A model generated the notes under the pieces. It saw nothing but the letters and a program-made list of their open reading frames with translations. It ran no database searches and was not told the DNA's origin. Of a stretch of DNA of 63,967 nt, positions 32,601 to 44,600 are shown piece by piece; positions within the stretch are counted from its first letter, which is position 1; every line of letters starts with the position of its first letter. The DNA comes from Vitrella brassicaformis CCMP3155 (Eukaryota > Protista > Chromerida), in the NCBI GenBank assembly GCA_001179505.1, contig CDMY01000313.1:1-63967 (forward strand), given 5' to 3'. Made by a program: the position numbers and the translations under genes.

Positions 32601-35600
32601 AAAGGAAGAAAGAGGGAGAATTCCCAATCCGCCAACTGCACAGGGCAATTGTGTCAAGTGCCCGACCTGAAGGTGGATGTCGAAGCACCACTTGCTGCCT
32701 GTCGGGCAGGGGGCAGGCCCGATGTCCTCTGCTGTTGCCCCCCCAGCCCCACCGCGGCGCATGTTGCCGACGCGCACCACCAGCGGGCGGATGCCGCGGG
32801 CGGTGGGTGGCCCGGCGAGGACGACGGGGTACTGCAGGTTCTCGGTGATGGACACTGTCTTGGGCTTCATGCCCAGGCGCACCTTGCCCGACTCGCCTAT
32901 GACCTTCCGGGCTGGTGATGGGCAGACAGAGACACGAAGAGACGTAAGCAGGAGGGTGGAGAGTGTTTGTTTCCTTGCTGCTGTTGTCTTCCTTGGCTGC
33001 TTACGGCATTTGGCTGCGCATGAGCCGCCACAGTCGATGCCCACTTCGTCGCCATTGCGGACGCCGTCGTTACAAGCAGCTGACAAGACAACACGCAGCT
33101 CGTGGACACAGGGATGGCACTCTCTCCCTCTCTCCCTCTCTCTCTGTCACGTACACGTGGGCCCCTTTGAGATCAGCACTTGGGGCGCAGCGAACACCAG
33201 CTCGCCCGCAGACCCCCCCTGAGCACCACACGGGCGGGCCTTGATGGACATTGCCTGCTGGGCGGTCATGTGCAGGACCGCACAGGCGTCCTTCTTCTTG
33301 TCGGGGGCGCCGGCCTCGTCGATCGAGATGTATCGGGACTTGAGGTCGTCGACGTTGACAAGCGAGCCGTCGAGCCACTTCCAGAGCTCCCCCACCTTGC
33401 GGTGCATCCCTAGCCAGAGCGATGCTGGGAGCGTGACAAGCTCCGAAGACGTCAGCAACTCCTACAAAAGACATGATGTGAAGGAGGCAGAGAGGGAGGG
33501 AGGGAGGGAGGGAGGGAGAAAGGGAGGGAAAGATGGCCTTACCTCAGCAAATTGCGAGTCGTCCCATGTCTTGAGGGCGGCCAGCCGGCCGCCTTTCTCC
33601 TGGCTCGCCTGCACCGCCTCCAAAAGGGTTGAAGCTTTCACCACCTCCACCAGTCCACAGAGCTGCGTGGTCCGTGCCTGCGGCCTGGCCTCCTGCTCCT
33701 CGGTCTCTCCATATTTGGTGAAGCCTGCCGGACAGGCCTCGCAGCGGTATCCGCCGGGGGTGTTGATGCACACGCCCCCGCCGCAGACATCCACCTTGAG
33801 CTCAAGAGTCTCGGCCTCGTCGGAGGGCTGCTCGCCGGTGCTGCGGGTCTCGACGCACTCGTTGACATCTGCATCCATCCATCCATCCATCCATCCATGG
33901 TGTGANNNNNNNNNNNNNNNNNNNNNNNNNNNNNNNNNNNNNNNNNNNNNNNNNNNNNNNNNNNNNNNNNNNNNNNNNNNNNNNNNNNNNNNNNNNNNNN
34001 NNNNNNNNNNNNNNNNNNNNNNNNNNNNNNNNNNNNNNNNNNNNNNNNNNNNNNNNNNNNNNNNNNNNNNNNNNNNNNNNNNNNNNNNNNNNNNNNNNNN
34101 NNNNNNNNNNNNNNNNNNNNNNNNNNNNNNNNNNNNNNNNNNNNNNNNNNNNNNNNNNNNNNNNNNNNNNNNNNNNNNNNNNNNNNNNNNNNNNNNNNNN
34201 NNNNNGAGGGAGAGGGACGGGGTAGGGAGGGGAGAGGGGAGGGGTACCTTTGCATGAGAGACCGTCCTCGGCCAGGACGAAGCCTTCGAGACACTCGCAT
34301 TGGAAGGACCCGGGCGTGTTGATGCAGACGTGCTCACAGCCGCCGTTGGTCACGGGGTCGGCGCACTCGTTGATGTCTGAATGCACCCACCCATGGGAAA
34401 CATTTGGAAGGTCTGACGATGTGTCTGTCTGTCTGCATTCATTGTGACGTCTGTCGTCTTGTCTTGTGGGTACCCACCTGTGCACCTTCCGCCTGGCTCG
34501 AACCTGTACCCCTGCTCAAAGCAGTGCCTGTGCTCAGCGTCCATACGGTGCGGATGATCTGCTCAACCCACCCCATCCCATACAAAGCAACCATACGCAC
34601 ATCCACCCATCCATCCCTCTTTCGCTCTCACTCGGTCCGGGTTTGCACAAGGGCTCCTTGGTGAGGTCCGCCGTAGGGTCGAGGACCCACGCGCTGTAGC
34701 AGAAGGGGTGCATCTCAGGCTCCCCATTCTGGTCGGTGTCGGTCACGTTGACCGCCCCGCCGGCCTCCACCATCTGCTACCCGCCNNNNNNNNNNNNNNN
34801 NNNNNNNNNNNNNNNNNNNNNNNNNNNNNNNNNNNNNNNNNNNNNNNNNNNNNNNNNNNNNNNNNNNNNNNNNNNNNNNNNNNNNNNNNNNNNNNNNNNN
34901 NNNNNNNNNNNNNNNNNNNNNNNNNNNNNNNNNNNNNNNNNNNNNNNNNNNNNNNNNNNNNNNNNNNNNNNNNNNNNNNNNNNNNNNNNNNNNNNNNNNN
35001 NNNNNNNNNNNNNNNNNNNNNNNNNNNNNNNNNNNNNNNNNNNNNNNNNNNNNNNNNNNNNNNNNNNNNNNNNNNNNNNNNNNNNGGTGTTTCTTTGCTA
35101 AGTCACCGCTGCAGCTTTGTCGGTCTTCGTCCAGCTCGTATCCCCAGCGGCAGGCACACACCTTGCCGCCCAGTGTGTTCTGGCACTGGTGCTCGCAGCC
35201 GCCATTGTCCGTCAGACACTCATTCAAATCTGCCACAGACACACACACAAACACACACAAACACATTCACGACAGCACTTGGCTCATGTTTCTCTCCCTT
35301 TATTTGCTAGTGTCCTCACCGTGGCACTTGGTGCTGTCTTTGCCGACGTGTGTAAACCCCGATCTGCAGACGCACTCGTGCCCGCCCAGGGTGTTGACGC
35401 AGTAGTGGTCCACATCGCAGCCGCCCCAGCTATATGTGCACTCATCGACATCCTGACAGACAGACAGGCACCCACACACACCCCTTGCAAGCCACCCCTC
35501 TGTGTGTATGGTGTCCTCTGGGCGGTCAGCTCACCTCGCAGGTCTTGGCGCGCTCATTCAGGTAGAAGCCGTGCGGGCACTCGCAGTACAAAGAGCCTAT

Positions 35601-38600
35601 GGTGTTGTGGCAGGTCTGGTTGAACTCGCACAGAGCCCTTCCCTCACTCTCTGCCTGGGCGCACTCATTGACGTCTTCGCAGCGGTCCGTCTGTGTGTTG
35701 TGTCAGTAGCCGTGCTCGCACTTGCACTCGTAGCCCTTGGGGTGCGCCGCGCTCTTGGGGAGGTTCTGGCAGGCCTGCTCACAGTCGTCCTCCTCGTGAA
35801 GACACTCGTCGTAGTCCTCACAGTGCCTTCCGTCAGGTGCCAGCTGGAAGCCCTCGTGGCAGAGACACCTGTGGCCGCCCGGGGTGTTGACGCACAGGTG
35901 CTCGCAGCCGGACTGGCCGGTGGCGCACTCGTCGGTGTCTTGGCAGGCGCCTGTGGGTGTCTGGGTGAAGCCGGGGAGGCACTGGCACTCGTAGGAGCCG
36001 ACTGTGTTGACGCACAGCTCGTTGGGGCCGCGGCAGAGGCTGCTGTTGACCAGGCACTCATCGATGTCTGCGTGTGGCAACATACACACACACACACATA
36101 GGCACAGGGGGGAGATCGTTCATTCGTTCGCTACCAGTGCAGTTGCGTCCGTTGGGTGCGAGTTTGAACCCCTCTGGGCAGGTGCACGTCTTGCCCCCAT
36201 CACTGTTGTCACAGCCGAACTCGCAGTGGTGGCGGTTCCGGGCCATCCCACACACATCCACAACCGCTGCACAGAAACCGAGCCATACCTTGCGTCACAT
36301 GGACGGACGTCTGGGTGTCTGGGTGGCTTACCGGTGCAATTGGGCTGTGCGGGTGAGGGGAAGGTCCACCCCCTGTGGCAGCGGCAGAGTGCGCCGCCGT
36401 CCGCGGTCACCTGGCAGTCGCCATGGTTGCAGTAGAAAGAATTGTCCTTGCAGGGGTTGGGTTTGGGGGGCCGGTGCTCCACTGCAGCCATCCATCCATC
36501 CATCCATCCGCAGGCACACATGTGTGTGTGTGTGTGTGTGTCTGTGTGTGGTTACCGCAAGTGAGTCCGTCTGACGTGTCGAGGGCGTATCCGTCGCTGC
36601 ACGTGCAGCCCGGCTCGACGCCATACGGGGTGAGGTACGAGTTGCAGTGGCCAACCGGCCCCAAACACTTGAGGTTTGAACACCCGTCATCCACTGCACC
36701 CCAAACCACATAGAGAGACAGACAGACAGACACTCGTACCCCTGCATGTGTGTGTGTGTGTGTGGGGGGGGGGGGACGTGGGNNNNNNNNNNNNNNNNNN
36801 NNNNNNNNNNNNNNNNNNNNNNNNNNNNNNNNNNNNNNNNNNNNNNNNNNNNNNNNNNNNNNNNNNNNNNNNNNNNNNNNNNNNNNNNNNNNNNNNNNNN
36901 NNNNNNNNNNNNNNNNNNNNNNNNNNNNNNNNNNNNNNNNNNNNNNNNNNNNNNNNNNNNNNNNNNNNNNNNNNNNNNNNNNNNNNNNNNNNNNNNNNNN
37001 NNNNNNNNNNNNNNNNNNNNNNNNNNNNNNNNNNNNNNNNNNNNNNNNNNNNNNNNNNNNNNNNNNNNNNNNNNNNNNNNNNGGGGGGGGGGGGACGTGG
37101 GTGGGTAAGTTACGGCAGGTGATGTTGTTCCATCCCAGAGTGTAGCCGGCCGCGCACTCGCAGTGATACCCGCCCTTGGTGTTGACGCACAAGCCGAATG
37201 GCGGCGAGTCGCACAGAGTGTCGTCCTTGTCGCACTCATTCAAGTCAGCCACACACCACGACGACACACCCACACGAGCCTCCTCCCTCCATGTGTCCAT
37301 CTATCTCTCCTTGCTGTGCCGGTCATGCCGACGGTACCGATGCATGTGGCGTTCTGTGGGCCGTCAGGGTCCTTCTCGTACCCCGGCTCACACACGCACT
37401 CGAAGCCCGGGAACAGGCTCCTGCAGAGGGCGTGAGGGCCACAAATGCCGCCCGACTTGGCCGTCTCGGCGCACTCGTTGATCGCTGCCACACACGCACA
37501 CAGAGAGAGAGGGAGAGAGAGAGAGAGAGAGAGAGGGTGAGACATGATCCGGAGGGCGGTGTGTGTGGATGCGTATGCGTCTGTGGGATTGGCATGTGCC
37601 AGGCTGGCTGCCTTCTCGGTACCCCGCCCCACAGCCGCATTCGAATCCGCCAGGCGTGTTGCGGCACTCCTGCCCGCACGTATTGAGCGTGCTGTCCTCG
37701 CACTCGTCTATGTCTAAACACACGAACACACACACACACACACACATTCCTGCCTCCTGTCTGTGTCTCTGCGCTGCATCATGGCTGTCGTGACGCACCG
37801 ATGCACGCGTGGCGGTCGTCCGCGAGCTTGTAGCCCTTGTCGCACTCGCACCTGTAGCTCTTGGGGAGGTTGATGCAGGTGTGGTCGCACAGAGAGGTGC
37901 CCTCCGCGCACTCGTCGACGTCCACACACTGGTTCTTGACGACGTCGTAGAACTCCCCCTTGCTGCAGCGGCACTCGTGGGAGCCCTCCTTGTTGATGCA
38001 GCTCAGGCTGGCCGGGCAGATGTTGGGCGTCAGACACTCGTCGATGTCTGCCATGAAGACATCGTTGATCATTATGTGGGAGAGGAGGGAGGTGGTGTGG
38101 GGCTGTGTGCTCACCGACACATGTCTTGTTGTCTTCTGAGAGCTCGAAGCCTGCCTCGCAGCTTCACGAGAAGCTGCCATTGGTGTTGATGCAGGCGCCG
38201 TTGCAGCCACCATTGGCATGGGAACACTCGTCTATATCTGATTGCACACCACACCACACCACACCACATGTCAACCATGGCTCCCTCTTGATGCACACAA
38301 AGTCAGTCAGGCGGGGCGGACCTTCGCAAGTGCGGTCCTCAAAACTGTAGGCGAAGCCTGGCGGGCACTCGCAGGTGTAGCGGCCCGGGAGGTTCCTGCA
38401 GCCCAACAGGGGAGGGGGGCAGACACTCCCTGGCCGCTGCTGCTGCCCCTCGGCCAATGTCTCATTGCACTCGTTGATGTCTGCGCGCACGGCCGGACAC
38501 ACAAAGGACGGCATCTGTGTGTGTGTGTGTGTGTGTTGTGTATTGTCGCGACCGACCGATGCATTGCGTGCCGTCGGTGCTGGGTCGGTATCCCGTGTCG

Positions 38601-41600
38601 CAGAGGCACTGGTACCCTCCCTCGGTGTTGGTGCAGATCCCCCCGCTGCAGACGTCCTTCTTCTCGGCACACTCGTCGACATCCTCGCACTTCATCGTCA
38701 GCTCGTTATGCCGAAACCCCTTTCTCCCACACACGCAGCTGTACTCGCCCACCGTGTTAGCGCAAGTGGCATCGTCCCCACAGAGCGGCGCTTGGGGCAG
38801 GATGAAGTCGGGGTTGACCGTGGTGTACTTGCCCCGGTTAACATGCCGGGTGGTGATGTCGCTGCGGAGCGGGGTGGCGCCGCCGGCTGTGAGAGCGCAC
38901 TCGTTGAGGTCCTCGCACTTGGTGTGGTCGAGGGAGGGGACGAACCCGGTGAGGCACTGGCACTCGAAGCCGCCTTCGGTGTTGACGCACGCCGTGGTGG
39001 TGCTGTCGCCACACACGTCCGGGGCGGCCTCACACTCGTTGATGTCTGCCCCGAAACAATACATACACACATTTCTCTGTGCGTTCACGATCTTGTCGAT
39101 GGTCGGTCACCCACCCTGGCAGATGGTTTGGCCTTCACCGGTGCCGTGTGGGTCAGGGGCCTCCTTGTATCCCTCGCGGCACCTGCACTCGAAGCCGCCC
39201 TCGTTGTTGACGCACTTGCGCTTGGGGTCCCGGCAGGCAGGAGTGCCCTTGGCGTCGATGCCGTCAACACACTCATCGATGTCTGATGATTGATGACACG
39301 AATGATGCACACATGTCTCTGTCTGTGTGGGCTGCTGGTGGCTGTAGTGTCTGTGTGTCTGTGTGCGTACCGACACACAGTGGGTGGAATTGGTCAGCGT
39401 GGGGGTCCATATGGAAGCCATCCTTGCAGCTGACACACAGACACAGCAGAGAGAGGGTGGGGCTTGGACGTGTTGTATCGTGTTGTGTTGTGTTGTGTAT
39501 TGGGGCTGACACGCATTCGTATCCCTTGGGGGTGTCCCGGCAATTGCTTTTGCCGTCCTCGCCGCAAGGGGCCTCCATGTCTCGACACATGATGGCTGCA
39601 TCACATCACACCCACACACAGCCGATGGATGGCAACATACATGCATCGATTGCTTCGTCACTTGTGAGCGTGTGATCACGTTGGCAGTCGCCGGCAAGGT
39701 CCTTCTGCATGTGCAGGGGGCACCCACACGTGTGGCCGCCAGCATAGTCGAAGCACTGGTCCTGACAGGGGTTCTTGAGACACTCGTCCTCATCTGAGCC
39801 CGCCCACATGAATGGGTTGACCCTCAATGTGCCATAGTGTGGTAGGCCCATACCGATGCATGTGGTGTTCCAGTCGTCGGCAGGGAGCCATCCGGCTCTG
39901 CATTGGCAGTAGAAGCCGCCGGGGGTGTTGATGCAGTCGGCGTGGCGGGGGCAGGGCGACGTCTCTATCGAACACTCGTCGATCTCTGACACAGATGAAA
40001 CAGATGAATGAAATCGGGAGAAAGAATGCCGGACATGGCTACCTTTGCAGGCTGTGTCGACTCTCTCGTAGCCCACCCTGAGAAGCCGGCCGGCCATGGA
40101 CAGACAGACAGACAGTGAGTGTACACACACACACACACACACATATTTCGATTGCATGCTCGCACCACCGACCTGCAGCTGCAGTGAGCTCCGTCCCTTC
40201 TGTTGTCACAGTACTGGTCGCAGTTGCCATTGTCCATCGCACAAGGGTCCTCACTCGCACCCTCTGCACACATGCACACAACAGCCTCCATCATATCGAC
40301 ATCCCAAACCAAACTCGCCTCTGCCCACGCACTTTCGCATCTGAATCCATCGTTCTGCATCCTGAAGCCCCTCTCGCACTCGCACCTGAACGAGCCAGGC
40401 TCGTCCACGCAGCCGCCGCCCCTGTCAGAGCACAGCGACACGCCGTAGTTGCTGTCGGCGTCGCAGCCCCCGGAAACGGGGCACTGGACCGTCACGCCAT
40501 CCGCCGCGGCCCACTTGACCATGGCTGCGTCCTGACGCACACGCCACTTGCCTGCAATCATCATGACATGAGACACACCCATGGGGTTATTGGTGTGGTG
40601 TCTGTCGTGTGGTTGGAATGGGATGCCATGCCTACCAGATGGCGGGAAGTCATAGCGGGATGGCGCGTACGCGAGGACCTCCCTCGTGTCGAGGTCGGTG
40701 TCGAAGACCCACCATCCGTTGGCAGTGGCGGTCGGCAGGGGCCAGCCCCGCTGCAGCCGCTCCAGCACAAAGGAGTGGTTGGCTGGGGGAATCCAATACA
40801 GATGCACGCCGCCCTTCTGCCAGTGGGGCCTGCAGAGAGAGGCGGACAGAGATGGGATGGGCAGGGGGGAGAGGTGGGTGGGTAAGGAAGCCTACTTACT
40901 TTCCGTTGAGAGGATGGCTGGCGTTGGTTTCCTCATAGGTGCCACTGAGTGTTTTGCCCAGCGCATTGGGCATCCCCAACACCTCCACAAACGGCTTGCC
41001 GAAACACGCTGAATGGGCCAACACAGAAGACACACACACATTATGTTAGTGTGTCGATACCTCTTCTGCCTGCCTGTCTGTCTGTCTGTCTGTCTGTCAC
41101 CTCCTTTCTCCTGCTGTGGTGGGTTCGATAGGTGCCGGCAGGTCAGCCGGAAGAACGCACAGTCCTCCTTGCACTCCACACCAACAATTACGCCCTCCGC
41201 CTAACAACCCAGCGCACAGCAACCATTTCTCCCTCTCCCTGTGTGGAGCATTGCATCACTTACGCCGCATGACAGATGGTCTGTCGCCCCCGTGGTGCTC
41301 CACAGAGTGGTCCACGCCCCACGGTCGATGCGTGACCTCCCAAGGGGTCGGCCACACTGAATCCGGATGGACCGGCACTTGCCCGGGTGGCGGAACTCCG
41401 ACGTGCTCTGCAAGGGTGCGGGGCAGTCGGCTGGCAGCAGCTGGAGGCGGGAGGTGGCCTGGCCGGGGGGGCAGATGGTTTGCTGGTGGGGCTGCAGCCA
41501 CTCGCCTTCGCTCAGCTTGACGTCGGACTTGATGTCAAAGCGCATCTTCATGCAGAACCTGGAGGGGGGGAAGGAGCACAGAAATGCATGGGCAGGGTGT

Positions 41601-44600
41601 TCCTGTGCTATACACTACTGACTCTTCGGTGCATCTGAGTCCCTTGTAGGCCGTGGCTGTGTAGGGACTGAGGCCCCCGTTGGCCGTGCTGAATATGTGG
41701 GTCATCTTCTTGGCTGCCGGCACGACCACAGCCGCGTAGATGCCCCACTCCTCAACGCGACACACGTTCCGACCCCTGATGGATGGATGGATGGATGGAC
41801 CACAATAAGGGAATGGTCGATGCGATTCAGCGCACCTTTCCATTTTGAAGTATCCATTTGCTGCGAATGAGGTGCCCCATGAGTTGCGCAGCAGCCAGTA
41901 GAGGGTGCCGTCCTCCTCGTCCCAGCCCACCAGCACGGCGCTCTGGCTGCCCACTGGCGAGTCACCGGATACATCATCGCGGCTGTACACACCTGCAAGA
42001 CAAAGAGAAGGTGAGAGGAGAGGAAGGGCCAATAGTGCTACTCGTCTTCTCTCTCTCTCTCTCTCTCTCTCGCCATGCAGCATAGTACCGTCCGGCACTT
42101 CGGTGAAGTACTCAAAGAAATCGGGGTAGACCTCAAACGCCACAAAGAAGGGGCCCCGCTGAGACACACAGATAGATACAAACAGAAAAAGGGAAGTACC
42201 ATGAGAGTTTTTGCGTCTCCTGTCGCTCTGTCATGTCTGTGTCTCTCTCTCACGCTGATGAGCTCCATCTGCATCTGCCGCATGACCTGCCCCACACAGG
42301 CCCGCCCGCCCGTCGCCCGCTGCTCGCCAGGGCGGGACAGACGGTAGTACTCGTTGATGAACACACGGCTGGAGGGAGTGGCGGGGTCTTTCAGCAGTAG
42401 ATCCTCGGCACAGAAGGGCATCTGGCTGATGCACTGCGGACAGTCGGGCCTGCATCAGGGAAGGGCACGAGTGCGTCCATTTGCTGGCTGCTTTGTGACC
42501 GGTCCCAATCGACCCACCTGCATCCCTCCTGAGTGGTGATGGCCTCCTCCCCACTGTCCATCTGCAGAAAGCTCTCTTGTCCCTTTGAAGACTGCCTTCT
42601 GCTGGCCTTGGAGGCGCTGTGCGTCTCGAGCATGGCGGCGTAGTTGTCGGGCGGCGGGGCGACGGTGATGGGCGACCCGTCCACGTCGATATCGGTCGGC
42701 CACCGCGCCACGTGTGGCCTGCCGTTGCCGTGCTCGCCATTGGGGCCTGGCTCGACGGTCTGTGGGGACGCTTCTCTGTGCCAGCAGTACACTGCATAGA
42801 CAGAGACAGAGACAGAGAGACATGGGACTTGCCCACGAGACGAGGGCGGATCGGAAATGTCGGCAAAGTACTCACTTTCATAAGGGTAGTCTTCGGCGAA
42901 CCCGACTCCTTTGTTGCGTATGTACTCGAGTGCGATGCTGGCCCAGCCGCCCTCACAGCCGGGCCTGAGAGACTCCTTGGCCTCGAACTCGACCTCGCTC
43001 TCGTTCATCCGGGGCCACCCAGCACATGACAGCACCTGACGTGGTACAGGAATGGTGTCAGGGGAGGGAGGGAGGGAGGGAGGGGAAGGAGGTGGGTAGG
43101 GCGTGCCCACCTGTTGGACGGAGAGGTGTCTTCTCATCTCATTGGAGATCATGCGGTCTGGGTTGGCGATGCAGGCGCGGTCACTGAGCGCACCCAGAAG
43201 CTGACCACATATCCGATGAACCAAGCACAACAGATGAACATTTAATGACAGGTGGAGAGTCGATCGGCCTACCGCAAATGCCCAGCATGCACCACAGTAG
43301 CCTGATACACGCGGCCCAACGCAACAACACACCACACCACACCACACCACAAGGAAGAGTCCGTCCTTTTTGAGCGATCCGGAGACAGAAGGACATCTGA
43401 CCTTGGCTCTGGACTTCTGAGTGGTCAGGGGGGAAGCAGAAAGGATAGTGCTTCCGAACGTCGTACTCAACGGGCAGCTTCAGATGACGGGTCACCCACG
43501 TCTCGCGAACCTGCCACACAAACAAAGACAGACAGACAGACACTTCTCATGCATTTCTGTCTGTGCGTCACTCCCTCCTCACCTGTAATAATGAGAGGTC
43601 GAGGTTCATGCCCATGCCGCCCTTGCTCATGCCCCAGAACCCCTGCGACCGCTTCACACGCTCCATCGTCCCCCCAATCCCCAGCCGAACCCCCAGCTCC
43701 TTGACCTCTTCCAGAAAGCCCGCCTGCTTCATGTCGCCCCTCGCGAGCTCGTCCCTCAGCTTGGGGTGGGGCATTCCCTCCATGTGCCTTCGCGGTTTGC
43801 GGCAGATGTAAGGGAGCGAGGTGTTGCAGTGCTGGGCCACGACCTTGGGGACGTCCAGGGTCAGGTGGCCGGGGCTGAGGGCCCCACACGATTGGTCGGG
43901 TTTGCGGCTGGTGGGCGGGCTGTAGGGGTGCAGACCAGTGGAAGCCTTCAAGGGAGTGCCGTCGAGGTACTCCCAGGCGTTAACCGACGTCTGATAATGA
44001 GCCCCTGTGAGCAAAGAACAGACGTCCATATATGTGAGACGGCTTCTGTGTGTCGGCGGTGTCTGACCGATCCAGCACAATGGCTGATTGCACAGGGGGG
44101 CGAGGAATGCGCGTTCGTTGCTGGTGACGGGCATCACAAGCTTGGCCCCGTAGTCGTCGCGGCATCGCTTGACAGCGTTGTGGAAAGACTCGGGGCGGTG
44201 GATCAGCTTGAAGCAGTAGACGCCATGCTTCGAGAAGCCCTCCTCACACGCAACTGTGCTCAGAAATGGGTCAATTGGCGGAGCTGGTGCAGTGCAGTGC
44301 ATCCATCCCTCCATGTGTATGTGTGTGTGTACGTGGCAGTGCGAATGTGGATCTGCTTGTGAGGAAGCAGACGCCAGAGGGGCCCTCCACAGTGCCCACA
44401 AGCGAAGACACTATGTGCGTCGTCGGTGCCCGGCCTTATGGAGCACAAAAAGAAAGACATACAGGGAGGAGGGATTGTCGCTGTCGATGCATCCATCCCC
44501 ATCCATTGCCATAGAGATCATTAAATGCTCACTTGAGTCTGCCCTCTTGGCGTAGACGGTCATGCTGATGAGCGGCGCGATGCTCATGTGCGGCGGGCTC

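Larger units (their letters stand above)
33680..40470 (-). repeat. Array of 25 or more EGF-like / calcium-binding EGF modules
   Basis: Repeated D(I/V/L)(D/N)EC...C.N..G(S/G)(F/Y).C.C..G(F/Y) modules, often one to three per exon with phase-1 boundaries. Confidence 0.95.
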
